Assembly (NCBI GenBank): GCA_018824115.1
Contig: JAHJGY010000070.1
Location: 1,632-65,631 of the forward strand
Direction: 5' to 3'
DNA from: Patescibacteria group bacterium
GTDB lineage: Bacteria; Patescibacteriota; 4484-211
DNA: 64,000 nucleotides
Positions 20,146-30,737 of this stretch are shown here, one piece after another; the stretch's first letter is position 1, and every line of letters begins with the position of its first letter. Under the pieces are notes generated by a model. It did not search any database, was not told the DNA's origin, and saw only the letters and a program-made list of their open reading frames with translations. The position numbers and the translations under genes are program-made.

Positions 20146-21276
20146 TTATGATTCATTAGCAGCCCGATAATCTTTAAGAGCTTTGATGGTTTGAGAGCCA
20201 ATACCCTTCATGGCTAACAGATCTTCCTCGCTCATTTTTGTTGCTTGCGCTAGTGTTAATCCAGAACGTTCGAGTTTTCCTGCCAGGGCTGGCGGAATAG
20301 TGGTTGCTTGTTCTGCAGCCAATTTAACTCCGGGAGCTGTTTGTGCTATGCTGTGAATGTCGATCCGGTATCCGGTAAGTTTCGCTGCTAAACGAGCGTT
20401 TTGGCCTTCCTTGCCAATTGCCAATGAAACTTGGTCATCGGGGACTTTGATAAGTGCGGATCCTTCTTTTTCATTAATTTCGATGTGCGAGACTTCGGCA
20501 GGAGAAAGGGCGGCAGAGACGAATTTCTCTGGTTCACTGTTCCAAAGGATAACGTCAATTCGTTCTCCGTTTAATTCATCGGTAATTGCCTGAATGCGAA
20601 CCCCGCGTTGACCTACGCAGGATCCTACGGCATCGACTCCCTCTTGAATCGAAGTAACAGCTATCTTAGATCGATGGCCTGGTTCGCGGGCAACGGCCTT
20701 AATCTCGATTGCTTTAGAAGCAACTTCAGGGATTTCTTGTTCGAGCAAACCAGTTAATAGTTCGCTTGCGGAACGCGAGGTAATAATTTGGTAGCGGCTG
20801 GATTGCTGATTGATTTCTTTGACATAAAGACGTAAGCGTTGATTATGACGGTAGTTTTCAGTGGGCACCTGCCCTGATCTGGGTAGTAATCCAGTTGTGC
20901 GGCCTAGGTCTACAACCCAATCAGACCCTTCACGGCGTTGGAGCATTCCCGAAATAACGGTGCCGATCCTGGCTTGAAACTCGTCGATTATGGCTTCCTT
21001 TTCGGCCTCGCGGACTCCTTGGAGAATAACCTGTTTCGCTGTTTGAGCGGCAATACGGCCAAATCCGGGAGGGGTAATGTCTTGACCTTCCTGTACAACG
21101 GTAACCGCACCGTTTTCTTTGTCGATCTGAATTTCAATATCTTCTTCGGCCCCGCTATAATCTTTTCGATACGCTGCGCGGATTGCGTGTTTAAGTGTTT
21201 CGAACACCGAATCTGGGTCAATTCCCCTTTCGGAACAGACTTGGTTAACTGCGGCCATAAATTCCGAACGAATCAT
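20146..21276 (-). CDS. nusA: Transcription termination/antitermination factor NusA
   Basis: FGRIAAQTAKQ, AREPGHRSKIAV, AIGKEGQNARLA; start placed at the second ATG because TATAAT overlaps the first. Confidence 0.97.
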   Translation of the reverse strand: MIRSEFMAAVNQVCSERGIDPDSVFETLKHAIRAAYRKDYSGAEEDIEIQIDKENGAVTVVQEGQDITPPGFGRIAAQTAKQVILQGVREAEKEAIIDEFQARIGTVISGMLQRREGSDWVVDLGRTTGLLPRSGQVPTENYRHNQRLRLYVKEINQQSSRYQIITSRSASELLTGLLEQEIPEVASKAIEIKAVAREPGHRSKIAVTSIQEGVDAVGSCVGQRGVRIQAITDELNGERIDVILWNSEPEKFVSAALSPAEVSHIEINEKEGSALIKVPDDQVSLAIGKEGQNARLAAKLTGYRIDIHSIAQTAPGVKLAAEQATTIPPALAGKLERSGLTLAQATKMSEEDLLAMKGIGSQTIKALKDYRAANES

Positions 21277-21313
21277 GCTGGTCATTATATCACTGTAAAT
21301 AGGGGTTTACAAA

Positions 21314-21868
21314 CTAATGCTTGGATAGTGACTCTAGAAGAGGGAGGCTGATGTTAATTAATTGCTGAATTTCATTGGGGGTTAATTTTGAGTCGTAGTC
21401 GACAATGTCACACAGGTTAATTACCTTTTGAATTGCTTCGAAGACTGGTTCGGCAATAATCTTTTTATAATTCAGATGAACTGCCAACCTTAAGGCATCG
21501 GATGGTTGGATCTGCTCATCCTTAGGCAATTTATCGGTCTGTAGTTTGGCCAATTCCCAACGCAGCTTTTCTTTTATTTGGGCGGTGGTGAAAAATGGGC
21601 CTCGCTTGTCATCGGTAATCTCAGTGGAATCGGAGCTGTCTTTACCGGTAATTTTCTTTACTGCGTCTTTGGCTGCGCGCAAGGAGCGTTTGAAAGAGAA
21701 AAGGTAGCTAATTGATCCACTGGATATGGTTGGCAGGATAGCCAGGAGGAAGAGAAATGCCAAGAGGCTTAAAGTATATTTATCAACCCGGATTTGATCT
21801 GGGAAAAAAGTGTACCCCAACAGGTAAACCAGGGTGATAAGGCTGAGGAGGAATTCTAGCTTAATCAT
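21314..21868 (-). CDS. Hypothetical membrane protein
   Basis: 184-aa ORF with two N-terminal TM segments and a helical C-terminus. Confidence 0.65.
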   Translation of the reverse strand: MIKLEFLLSLITLVYLLGYTFFPDQIRVDKYTLSLLAFLFLLAILPTISSGSISYLFSFKRSLRAAKDAVKKITGKDSSDSTEITDDKRGPFFTTAQIKEKLRWELAKLQTDKLPKDEQIQPSDALRLAVHLNYKKIIAEPVFEAIQKVINLCDIVDYDSKLTPNEIQQLINISLPLLESLSKH

Positions 21869-21883
21869 GTTTACAAGTTTTTC

Positions 21884-22033
21884 CTATTGCTTATCGTATT
21901 TGTTTGCGATAGCAGTTCGTCGTTCTTCAAGGGCTTCTCTCTGATCGGGCGGGAAAAACTGCAGGGCTTCATCTTGCATTGCCCGGAGTTCAGCAATCCT
22001 CGTATCCTTGTTGGGTTTCTTGAGGCATTGCCA
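21884..22033 (-). pseudogene. Possible gene remnant
   Basis: Frame reads ...KKPNKDTRIAELRAMQDEALQFFPPDQREALEERRTAIANKYDKQ* and is preceded by an in-frame stop. Confidence 0.3.
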
Positions 22034-22127
22034 TCAAAAGCGGTTTTGTATTTCTATAATTCATAATAGCGAATGTTGATTAGAGATGTCAATGGAGCGT
22101 GTTGATGGGACTTGTTTTCGTTGTACG

Positions 22128-22670
22128 TCAGTTTTGATACAGAAAGAGAGGGTGTTGCGTGGAGGTGTCTTTTTTGCTTACTTTCCAACCAGGGATAGGA
22201 TAGCGAGCGGTGATGATGCGTGCTCCTGGCGGTAGTTCTTGTTTAAGTTTGGGCTTTAGTTTTTCCAGTAGATTTTTGGTTAAGTAAAGGACAACAACCG
22301 TGGCGTTTTTTAGGTCCGATTTAAACAGGTCTTTGTTAAGGATAGTAATATTGTGTTTAAATTTCCTGGTAGACATTTTTGCCTTTAAGTATGGCCATGG
22401 GCTAATTTCATATCCCAGGGCTTTCTGGACACCAAAGTTTTTGACGGCAGTGATAAGTAATCGCCCATCGCCGCAGCCAAGATCGTAGACAATGTCTTGA
22501 GAACTAACACCAGCGAGCTCCATCATTTTCCGGCCCACTTCGCGAGATAGTGGGACAAAGGGTGCGCCGTGATGACTGGAGATGAGGTCGGAGGTGAGGT
22601 TAAGAATAAGCCAGGTTGTGGTGGCGAGAGCGAGGAGGGCAATTGTGATGAGAAGGAAGATTATGAGCAT
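22128..22670 (-). CDS. Class I SAM-dependent methyltransferase
   Basis: APFVP, YDLGCGDGRL, VVVLYL, N-terminal TM. Confidence 0.9.
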   Translation of the reverse strand: MLIIFLLITIALLALATTTWLILNLTSDLISSHHGAPFVPLSREVGRKMMELAGVSSQDIVYDLGCGDGRLLITAVKNFGVQKALGYEISPWPYLKAKMSTRKFKHNITILNKDLFKSDLKNATVVVLYLTKNLLEKLKPKLKQELPPGARIITARYPIPGWKVSKKDTSTQHPLFLYQN

Positions 22671-22676
22671 AGATCT

Positions 22677-25646
22677 TTAAATTTGTACCTTATACGCCGG
22701 GCACAATAGTTGATATGAACAGTATTGGCACATTAAACCAATATTGGGTGTAAAGTTGCCTTGTCTTATTTCTTTAACGAGTTCCCCGATTTTCGTTTTG
22801 GTAGTCTGTAGATCATCAGAGTTTCTGGTGGTGGTCAATTTAATGCTTTCTTCGAGAAAAATGAAACTTAGTTTCTGCTTCTCTGGAGGGGTGTTAAGAA
22901 TGTTTGGATCAGCCGCGGCAAGGGAATAGATGCCTAGCTGGAGGTCTTTATCAATTTCTTTTTGTTTTTTTGCTTTTCCCGTTTTGTAGTCGATAATTTC
23001 GATTGTTCCATCTGCTAATTTGTCTACCCGGTCAATCCTGCCAGTGATTTTAATACCACCGATTTTAATTGAAAACGGAAACTCTATCTTATTGACTATT
23101 TGTTTGGGCGAGTAGTGGTTTTGGCAGAAGGTTTTAAGCATCTTTATGCCGGCTTTTTTCTGCCGTGCTTCGTGTTCTTTTGCTTGGTAACCTTCGCTGA
23201 TCCAGTAGGTTTCCAGCAGTTCTTTGAGGGCTTTAAACGCCGAGCTTTGGGAGCTTTTAAAGCTCGACGTTTCTTGCATATGACGCCGATAGAACTCGGC
23301 CAAAGTTCGGTGCATGGATTCCCCAAACGAGAGTGGTGATGTGGGAGGCGTAGGGATTCCGAGTATGTGTTTGTATTTATACTGCTGTGGGCAAACGGAA
23401 TAAGTGTTAATTTGTGAGTAGGATAGTCTGGAGATTCTATGTGTGAGTGGTTTTCCGGCCGGTTCCGCAGCTGGTGTTTCTGGTTGATACCATTTAAACA
23501 GCGAGGTCTGTTGTTGGGTTTTGTTAATGATCCGAAAGGGCTCTAAATTTTCTCCGAGAGTCTCGGTAATAAAAGGGGAGAGTCGTTTGGGACGTTTATT
23601 TTGGTGATAGAATTTAGCTCCACTAAAATATAATTTCTTTTGTGCTCGAGTTATACCGACGTAAAACAAACGACGTTCTTCTGCGATGTGAGGGTTGCTA
23701 CTAGGAAGGGGTTCCTTAATTAGTTGATCGGGGACTGGTATTTGATCTTTGCGTTCACGTGTGGGGAATCGGTCGGTAACGAGGTTAACCATAAAAACGA
23801 CTGGGAATTCTAAGCCCTTTGCCGAGTGGAAGGTAAGAATATTGACGGCGTTGTTATCGCGCCAGTCAATTTCGCTGGCAAGCGGGGATTCGCCCTGGTC
23901 GATAATAAAGCTGAGATATTCAACAAAATGATAGACGTTACTTTCTGGATTTTGTATTTCAAACTTCTTAGCGACATCAAAGAATTTAGAAATGTTTTGG
24001 ATTTCTCGCTGATGCTGTGGTGATTGTGGGTCTTGGTAAGAAACTAATAGGCCGGTGTCCTTCAGGAAGTAATAAAGGATTTGCCCGGGTAGTTCTTGGG
24101 GCACGAGTTTTAAATGCCTGTGAATCATTGAGATGAACTTGCTGATTTTCTGATAAGTGTCTTGTTTTAGATTGGCGATTTCTCTGATGTTTTCCAGTGT
24201 TTCAAATAGGCTAAGATTTTTCTGTTTTGCGTGGCTGATCATGAATGCGATGTCCCGGGTATTTACATTAAAGTGTGTTTTGGTCAACACTCTGTACATG
24301 GCGATGTCGTCTTTAATGTTAGACAGGATTGTTAGGTAGGCAATTAGATCTTTAATTTCCGGTTGGTGAAAAAGCTGGCCCGGGCCAAGAAATTGATAAG
24401 GCAGGCCAGCCTGACTTAATGCTTGAAGGAAGGGGAAAGCATGATTATTGGCTCGGACCAATATTGCAAAGTCTTGATAGCGCAGGCCGTTATTATTCTT
24501 AGTTAATCTCTGGATTTCGCCGATCACGCTTTCTGCTTCTTCCTCTACTTTCTCTTCCCAAATGAGGGTGATGTCGGAACCGTCTCGTTTTGGGACCGCC
24601 CGGAGTTTCTTGTCGATTCTTTCTTGGGTTTCTAATCGATCTGGGTTGTTGTGTTGGATGAAGTGGTAAGCTCGATCTAGTATTATTTGCGGTGACCGAT
24701 AGTTGCGGATCAAGCTAACCAGGCTTGAATTTGGGAAGTGTTTTTGGAAGCTGAGGACATTATAGATTGCCGCTCCCCGCCAGCGGTAAATGCTTTGATC
24801 GTCGTCGCAAACTGCAGTGATATTCTGATCGTCTCCTGCTAGCAGTACGGCGATCTCGTTTTGGATATAGTTGGTATCCTGGAATTCGTCAACAAGGACG
24901 TGTTTAAACTGTTTCTGATATTTGACTAAGATGTTCGAGCGAGTCTTAAAGAGTTTTAGAGTGTAATAGAGGAGATCGGCGAAGTCCATTACACTGTGTT
25001 GGATTTTTAATTCTTGGTATTTCTTATACGCTGTTGCCAGTTCCTCTAACCTCTCAATTTGCAGCCTTTCCTCATTATTCTGGCTACCGGTTTCTGGTTC
25101 TGCGTTCTGGGCTACAGTTTTCCGGTTCTTGAGGCTCCTGATGTATTTCGAGTATTCCTCCGGTGTGATATTTTCGTTTCTCAGTCGACTAAAATGGGTG
25201 ATTAATCCCGAGATGAATTTGGCGGGGTTACCGAGGGGTCGATAGTATTGTAGGTTGAACTCGAATATATGTTTTTTTATAAAGAGATAGTTTTCGGCCT
25301 GGCTTAATATTCGGAAAACGGGGTCGAGGCCGATATGGATAGCTTCTTGGCGCAAGACTCGTTCACAGAAGGAATGGAAAGTAGAAATCCAGGTTTGTAC
25401 ATAACCAATGGGCAAGGCAATGTCTACTCTTTCTTCCATCTCCTGCGCTGCCTTTTCTGTAAAAGTTAAGGCGAGTATTTCTGAGGGTTTGGCACTTTTT
25501 TGTTCGATGAGCCATTTGATGCGTTCGGTGATTACGGTGGTTTTCCCGGTTCCTGCGCCAGCAATGATGAGGAGAGGGCGCTGAGAATGAGTGATGGCAG
25601 CATGCTGTTCGGGGTTGAGTTTAAACTTAGCTTTATCGTCGTGCAT
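22677..25646 (-). CDS. UvrD/PcrA-like helicase fused to a C-terminal PD-(D/E)XK (RecB-type) nuclease
   Basis: AGAGTGKT, VDEFQD, TFHSAKGLEF, EERRLFYVGITRA; nuclease GRIDRVD...IIDYKTG with Cys motifs CP...CQYC....C. Confidence 0.95.
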   Translation of the reverse strand: MHDDKAKFKLNPEQHAAITHSQRPLLIIAGAGTGKTTVITERIKWLIEQKSAKPSEILALTFTEKAAQEMEERVDIALPIGYVQTWISTFHSFCERVLRQEAIHIGLDPVFRILSQAENYLFIKKHIFEFNLQYYRPLGNPAKFISGLITHFSRLRNENITPEEYSKYIRSLKNRKTVAQNAEPETGSQNNEERLQIERLEELATAYKKYQELKIQHSVMDFADLLYYTLKLFKTRSNILVKYQKQFKHVLVDEFQDTNYIQNEIAVLLAGDDQNITAVCDDDQSIYRWRGAAIYNVLSFQKHFPNSSLVSLIRNYRSPQIILDRAYHFIQHNNPDRLETQERIDKKLRAVPKRDGSDITLIWEEKVEEEAESVIGEIQRLTKNNNGLRYQDFAILVRANNHAFPFLQALSQAGLPYQFLGPGQLFHQPEIKDLIAYLTILSNIKDDIAMYRVLTKTHFNVNTRDIAFMISHAKQKNLSLFETLENIREIANLKQDTYQKISKFISMIHRHLKLVPQELPGQILYYFLKDTGLLVSYQDPQSPQHQREIQNISKFFDVAKKFEIQNPESNVYHFVEYLSFIIDQGESPLASEIDWRDNNAVNILTFHSAKGLEFPVVFMVNLVTDRFPTRERKDQIPVPDQLIKEPLPSSNPHIAEERRLFYVGITRAQKKLYFSGAKFYHQNKRPKRLSPFITETLGENLEPFRIINKTQQQTSLFKWYQPETPAAEPAGKPLTHRISRLSYSQINTYSVCPQQYKYKHILGIPTPPTSPLSFGESMHRTLAEFYRRHMQETSSFKSSQSSAFKALKELLETYWISEGYQAKEHEARQKKAGIKMLKTFCQNHYSPKQIVNKIEFPFSIKIGGIKITGRIDRVDKLADGTIEIIDYKTGKAKKQKEIDKDLQLGIYSLAAADPNILNTPPEKQKLSFIFLEESIKLTTTRNSDDLQTTKTKIGELVKEIRQGNFTPNIGLMCQYCSYQLLCPAYKVQI

Positions 25647-25671
25647 AGGACATGCCTATTATACACAACAA

Positions 25672-25706
25672 AGAACAACCCCGACCCAAGGTCGGGGTTG
25701 TTCTTT
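25672..25706 (-). terminator. Intrinsic terminator downstream of the HU gene
   Basis: AAGAACAACCCCGACC/GGTCGGGGTTGTTCTT stem. Confidence 0.75.
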
Positions 25707-25799
25707 ATCAGTAACCTTTGACCTGCAAGTCTTAGATAGTGGCTAGTGTTCTCACCTAATTGATAATCCACTTCCACTGGGACTGCGTGTCAGATTAAA

Positions 25800-26072
25800 T
25801 TACCGAACAATGTCTTTCAAAGCTGTACCAGCTCGGAAAGCAGGTGTGTTCTGAGCAGGGATGTGGAGAGGTTCTCCAGTCTGTGGGTTCCTGCCCATTC
25901 TAGCGGCTCGGCGTCGAACTAGGAAAGTCCCAAAACCGGTAACGGTCACTTTGTCTCCGCGAGCCAGAGCTTCACCAATAAGCTCAATAACAGCATTTAC
26001 TGCGTTGGCACCAGCCGATTTGGTCAAACTAGTACGTTCGGCAACTTGTTCAATTAATTCTGTCTTAGTCAT
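25800..26072 (-). CDS. hup: DNA-binding protein HU
   Basis: MTKTELI...GFGTF...RMGRNPQTGE...PAFRAG. Confidence 0.97.
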   Translation of the reverse strand: MTKTELIEQVAERTSLTKSAGANAVNAVIELIGEALARGDKVTVTGFGTFLVRRRAARMGRNPQTGEPLHIPAQNTPAFRAGTALKDIVR

Positions 26073-26327
26073 TTACTCTCACCCCCTCTCGATGAAGCCA
26101 CGGCAGCAATTACTGCCGGATAGGCTGAAGTCCGCTGAATCCGCGATCTAAAGTCGGGAATAAGCAGGCCTGATGAGAAAAATTGATCCTATTGTTAAGG
26201 GCTTGGGTAGGTTTTGAGGCGATTGCTGTATGTGTAAATGAGGAGGTTAGCAGGTGATTCATTTTAGTTTCTAAATAAAGCAATTCTCTTATATCAGAAG
26301 CATAGGATTCTGTCAAGGGGTTTACGC

Positions 26328-27143
26328 CTATGTAACAACATCTTCCAAAATGATATCGTTGCGAGTGATCGAGTCGCTCGCGTTTCTGCTTTTAATGTTA
26401 ACCAATACAGATTGAAAAACAGTTCTCCCATTTTTGACCCACTCAAATCGCTGAGGGCGAGGATAGCGGTAAAGGTTCCAGATGATTTCTTTCTTTACAC
26501 CAAGGACAGAGTTTAATGGACCTGCCATGCCCACATCGGTAACGTAGGCGGTTCCAGCCGGCAGGATTCTAGCGTCAGCTGTTGGTATATGTGTGTGTGT
26601 GCCGACAAACATAGAGGCCTTACCGTCGGTGTAGAGGCCAAGGGCTAGTTTCTCCGAAGTGGATTCGGCATGAAAGTCGATAACGATAGCGGCCAGTGAC
26701 TCTTCGGCGTAAGTTTGTAATATGTTGTCTATTGTTTCGTAGGGGCAGTGAGTGGTTTGGCTAACATTAGGGTTGAAGAAGGTTTTTCCGAGAAGGTTTA
26801 TTAGCAGGACTTGTTGGCCTTGCGGGGTTTGGGTGATTGATACTCCTCGACCAGGAGTAGTGCAGGGGTAATTGGCGGGTCGGAGTAATCGGAAGTTTTC
26901 GTCTTGCAGTAGGCTTTCCCAGTTTTCTTGACGAAAGATATGGTTGCCACTGGTGAAGTAGTCAACTCCGGCATCGAGCATTTCGTAGAGAGTGTTTTCG
27001 GTTACTCCTCGACCCCCGGCAAGATTCTCGGCATTGGCAAAAGCCAGATCAATCCCTTCTTGCCTTTTTAACCCTGGAAGGACTTTTTTAATTGCTTCAC
27101 GGCCCAGTTTGCTAACGATGTCCCCGATAAATAGGATTTTCAT
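26328..27143 (-). CDS. ymdB: YmdB-like metallophosphoesterase (TIGR00282)
   Basis: FIGDIV, NAEN, TSGNH, DFHAESTSEK, GTHTH, TDVGMAG; follows rny. Confidence 0.93.
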   Translation of the reverse strand: MKILFIGDIVSKLGREAIKKVLPGLKRQEGIDLAFANAENLAGGRGVTENTLYEMLDAGVDYFTSGNHIFRQENWESLLQDENFRLLRPANYPCTTPGRGVSITQTPQGQQVLLINLLGKTFFNPNVSQTTHCPYETIDNILQTYAEESLAAIVIDFHAESTSEKLALGLYTDGKASMFVGTHTHIPTADARILPAGTAYVTDVGMAGPLNSVLGVKKEIIWNLYRYPRPQRFEWVKNGRTVFQSVLVNIKSRNASDSITRNDIILEDVVT

Positions 27144-27172
27144 TATTATTTAGTGAGAATTATGTTTCGGAC

Positions 27173-28393
27173 TTATTCCACTTGCGCGGTGGCGTATGCG
27201 GCAGTTCTAGTTTCGCGGATAACGTTTACCTTAATTTGACCAGGGAAATTCTTCATTTGACGGTGGATTTTTAAAGAGAGTTCGTGGGCGAGGTTTACCA
27301 TCTCACTTTCCATAATTTCTTCGGGCTTAACAATCACGCGAACTTCTCGGCCAGCCGAGATGGCGTAGGCATCTTTTACTCCGGTGAAAGACTTGGCGAT
27401 GTTCTCGAGTTCTCTAACGCGGTTTACGTAAGCTTCGTAGTCTTCACGCCTGGCACCAGGGCGCATTCCTGAAATGGTGTCGGCGAGGTAGACAATGATT
27501 GCTTCGAGATTGGGAAATTCGCCGGTGTGATGTCCTTCAAAAGTTTGGACGATTTCCTCTTCAATGCCATGACGTCGCGCAATATCGGCTCCTACTTTGT
27601 CATGAGATCCTTCTACCTCCGCCGTGACAGCTTTACCGAGGTCGTGAAGAAGACAGGCTTTTTTTATTAATTCCAGGTTGGCTCCAAGTTCGGCCGCAAG
27701 TGCTTTACCAATGTTCACTACTTCTAGTGTGTGTTCAATCATATTTTGTCCGTATGAGGTTCTGAATTTGAATCGGCCGAGGAGATTGGTGATGTCTTCT
27801 GGGAGATCAATTACACCTGCTCGATACGCTAATTCTTCACCAGCTTCCTTAATTGTGTTCTGAGTTTCTCCTTTAACCTGGTTTACAATTTCCTCGATTC
27901 GGGCAGGTTGGATACGGCCGTCGGCAATTAGGCGTTTTAAAGATTGCGTGGCCACTTCCCGTCGTACGGGATCAAAGGAAGAAATGGTAACCATTTCCGG
28001 CGTTTCGTCGATAACAAGGTTAACACCGGTTGCGGTTTCAAAGGCTTTGATATTGCGTCCTTCTTTGCCAATAATCCGACCCTTCATCTCTTCGTCCGGA
28101 AGTTTTACCGTGGCACTTGTCATTTCCGCAACGTGGTCGGTGGCGATTCTTTGCAGAGTGGAGAGCAGGAGTTCGCGGCTTTTTTTCTCGGATTCTTCCT
28201 CCAGCTGTTTTTCCATCTTACGGATACGGATTGCTTTGTCTTCGGCAAGATCTTTGTCTAGCTCGGATAAAAGGAGCTCTTTTGCCCGTTCCTGGGAAAC
28301 TTTCGCGAGCTCTGCAAGGCGCTCTTTGTATTGGTCTTGGAGTTGTTTAAGTGTTTGCTTTTCTTGCTGGAGATGGTCTTGGTCGGTGTTCAT
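27173..28393 (-). CDS. rny: Ribonuclease Y
   Basis: KH domain KGRIIGKEGRNI, HD domain LLHDLGK, RPGARR; start moved to ATG 28393. Confidence 0.95.
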   Translation of the reverse strand: MNTDQDHLQQEKQTLKQLQDQYKERLAELAKVSQERAKELLLSELDKDLAEDKAIRIRKMEKQLEEESEKKSRELLLSTLQRIATDHVAEMTSATVKLPDEEMKGRIIGKEGRNIKAFETATGVNLVIDETPEMVTISSFDPVRREVATQSLKRLIADGRIQPARIEEIVNQVKGETQNTIKEAGEELAYRAGVIDLPEDITNLLGRFKFRTSYGQNMIEHTLEVVNIGKALAAELGANLELIKKACLLHDLGKAVTAEVEGSHDKVGADIARRHGIEEEIVQTFEGHHTGEFPNLEAIIVYLADTISGMRPGARREDYEAYVNRVRELENIAKSFTGVKDAYAISAGREVRVIVKPEEIMESEMVNLAHELSLKIHRQMKNFPGQIKVNVIRETRTAAYATAQVE

Positions 28394-28403
28394 AATTGCG
28401 GTC

Positions 28404-29105
28404 TCAATTCCTTTGTGCGCTTCCCATCTTCGCATTGTACCGCTCTTTCGCCAGTTGGTCAACCGCTTGTTTGGCGGTATCAAACGAAAAACCGCGACTA
28501 GCTAAGTAGCGTACAGCTTTTGCTTGATACTGTCTATGATCTAAATCTTGCCGAGATAACAGGCGGTGGTGTTGCAGGGCGGCGAGAGCAAGGCTAACTT
28601 CCGTGGTATTGCCCTCTGCACCGAGGGTTTTTTCGATAATATCATCGGCAACACCCTTTTGCTTGAGTTCGGATCGTATTGCCCAGACACCCTTTGGTTT
28701 ACGGCCGGTTTGTCGTTGTTCTAACCACCACTGCCCAAAACTGGTATCGTTAATTAAATCCAGCTCTTCTAATTGAGTTAGCGTTTTTTCGATAATTTGG
28801 ATTTCTTCCTCATGGGTTTGATAAAGTTGTTTTTGTTGGCTGGTTTTTTTCTTAAGATATTGAGAGACTTCTTTTCTTGATCGGGGGCGGTATTCTAGAT
28901 ACCGGAAGGCTAATTCTAGCAACTTGTCTTTTTTTTCGTACGTTAATAGTTGTTCTAATTGGTCTGGAGAAAGTTCTTGTCCGGCTTGATATTTTTTCTC
29001 GATTAAAGTGTTTTCGTTGACACTGGCGATGTATTTCCCATTAACGAATAGATTGTAGCGATGAAGGTTGCGCTTTTGCTGTTTGATGGCGGTGATTGTA
29101 GACAA
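28404..29105 (-). CDS. recX: Regulatory protein RecX
   Basis: RPRSRKEV, ELKQKGV, YLASRGF; directly downstream of recA. Confidence 0.92.
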   Translation of the reverse strand: MSTITAIKQQKRNLHRYNLFVNGKYIASVNENTLIEKKYQAGQELSPDQLEQLLTYEKKDKLLELAFRYLEYRPRSRKEVSQYLKKKTSQQKQLYQTHEEEIQIIEKTLTQLEELDLINDTSFGQWWLEQRQTGRKPKGVWAIRSELKQKGVADDIIEKTLGAEGNTTEVSLALAALQHHRLLSRQDLDHRQYQAKAVRYLASRGFSFDTAKQAVDQLAKERYNAKMGSAQRN

Positions 29106-29119
29106 ATTAGCTGTAAAAT

Positions 29120-30130
29120 TTATTTAGGCGGGGGAGCTTGTACTTGGTTCCTATTCAGAATTGCTTGTTTGATTTCCTCCGATATCTTAGGATTTTCTTT
29201 TAAGAATAGCCTCGCGGCTTCTTTCCCCTGGCCTATTTTTTGATCTTGATAAGAATACCAAGCACCAGATTTGTCGACAATGCCCAATTCGGATCCTAGA
29301 TCAAGTAAGCTCCCTTCCTGTGATATTCCTTCGTTAAACATGACATCGAACTCGGCTGTTCTAAAGGGTGGAGCGACTTTATTCTTGACAATTTTTGTGC
29401 GTACGCGGGAACCGATAACTTCCTCGCCTTGTTTAAGAGACTGGATGCGCCTGATGTCTATCCTAACCGAGGAGTAGAATTTGAGGGCGCGGCCGCCTGG
29501 GGTTACTTCCGGATTGCCAAACATAATCCCGATTTTCATTCTTAATTGGTTGGTGAAAATGACAGCAGTGTTGGATTTGTTGATTGCGCCTGCTAATTTT
29601 CTTAATGCTTGTGACATTAACCTTGCCTGTAGGCCGATATGGTGGTCCCCCATTTCTCCTTCGATTTCTGCTCGGGGGACTAATGCGGCCACTGAATCGA
29701 TGGCAACGACATCGATTCCGCCCGATCTAACCAGTGTTTCGACGATTTCCAGGGCTTGTTCGCCAGAATCTGGTTGCGATAATAATAGTTCGTCGATGTT
29801 AACACCAATGTTGCGGGAATATGTTGGGTCTAGGGCGTGTTCGGCATCAACGATGGCGGCTATACCTCCTTGTTTCTGCGCTTCGGCAACGATGTGCTGG
29901 ATTAATGTGCTTTTTCCAGAGGCTTCTGGGCCAAAAATCTCGGTAATTCGTCCACGCGGGATTCCTCCAACTCCCAGAGCGAGATCTAAAGCAATACATC
30001 CGGTAGGGATAATGGAAATACCCTCGGCGATGCTTTCCTGCCCTAACCGCATAATTGATCCTTTACCGAACTGCTTTTCAATTTGCTCAATGGCCAGTTT
30101 AACAGCCTCCGATTTTTGATCTTTGGGCAT
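29120..30130 (-). CDS. recA: Recombinase RecA
   Basis: [29 protein letters not shown]. Confidence 0.99.
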   Translation of the reverse strand: MPKDQKSEAVKLAIEQIEKQFGKGSIMRLGQESIAEGISIIPTGCIALDLALGVGGIPRGRITEIFGPEASGKSTLIQHIVAEAQKQGGIAAIVDAEHALDPTYSRNIGVNIDELLLSQPDSGEQALEIVETLVRSGGIDVVAIDSVAALVPRAEIEGEMGDHHIGLQARLMSQALRKLAGAINKSNTAVIFTNQLRMKIGIMFGNPEVTPGGRALKFYSSVRIDIRRIQSLKQGEEVIGSRVRTKIVKNKVAPPFRTAEFDVMFNEGISQEGSLLDLGSELGIVDKSGAWYSYQDQKIGQGKEAARLFLKENPKISEEIKQAILNRNQVQAPPPK

Positions 30131-30265
30131 ACCTGAATAATACCATAAAGGGGATAATTTGTGGGAGGGGTAGGGGTGGATTAGTTTGTTCTTTCGGGTT
30201 TCCTGATTTGCAATTCTAGATTACAAATTAAGCTTCCCTATATTTACGGTATAATAAGTTTTGTA

Positions 30266-30688
30266 ATGTTAGAGATTAAGAAGGCACTTACAATTTTCTG
30301 TGATGGTGGGGCGAGGGGAAATCCAGGGCCGGGAGGGATTGGAGTTGTTGTTTACCGGGACGGTGTATTGATCGACAGCATCAGTAAGTTTGTTGGGAAA
30401 AAAGTAACTAACAATCAGGCAGAGTATTTGGCGGTGATTGAGTCACTGCGGAAAGCGAAGGAACTGCAAGCGGGGAGTATTAAAGTTTTGGTTGATTCAC
30501 AATTGGCCCAAAGACAGCTGACGGGAATTTATAAAGTGAAGAACGCTTTATTGCGCGAGTTATGGCAAAAGGTTAAAGATCTCGAGACCGAATTTAAAGA
30601 AGTGAAGTTTGAGTTTGTGCCGCGGGAGAGCAATAAAGAGGCGGACCGGCTTGTTAATGAGGTTTTGGATGCCAAGCTGGGAAAATGA
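30266..30688 (+). CDS. rnhA: Ribonuclease HI family protein
   Basis: DGGARGNPG, TNNQAEY, DSQL, NKEADRL. Confidence 0.93.
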   Translation: MLEIKKALTIFCDGGARGNPGPGGIGVVVYRDGVLIDSISKFVGKKVTNNQAEYLAVIESLRKAKELQAGSIKVLVDSQLAQRQLTGIYKVKNALLRELWQKVKDLETEFKEVKFEFVPRESNKEADRLVNEVLDAKLGK

Positions 30689-30737
30689 TTATTCTCACCA
30701 TCCCGCAGAAGGCATATGTGGTAAAATTTATTTGACT

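Noticed and set aside
27944-30119. Long antisense ORFs over rny and recA (and similar ones over nusA, ftsK and the FtsA-like gene)
   Set aside because: Shadow frames of well-supported genes on the opposite strand.
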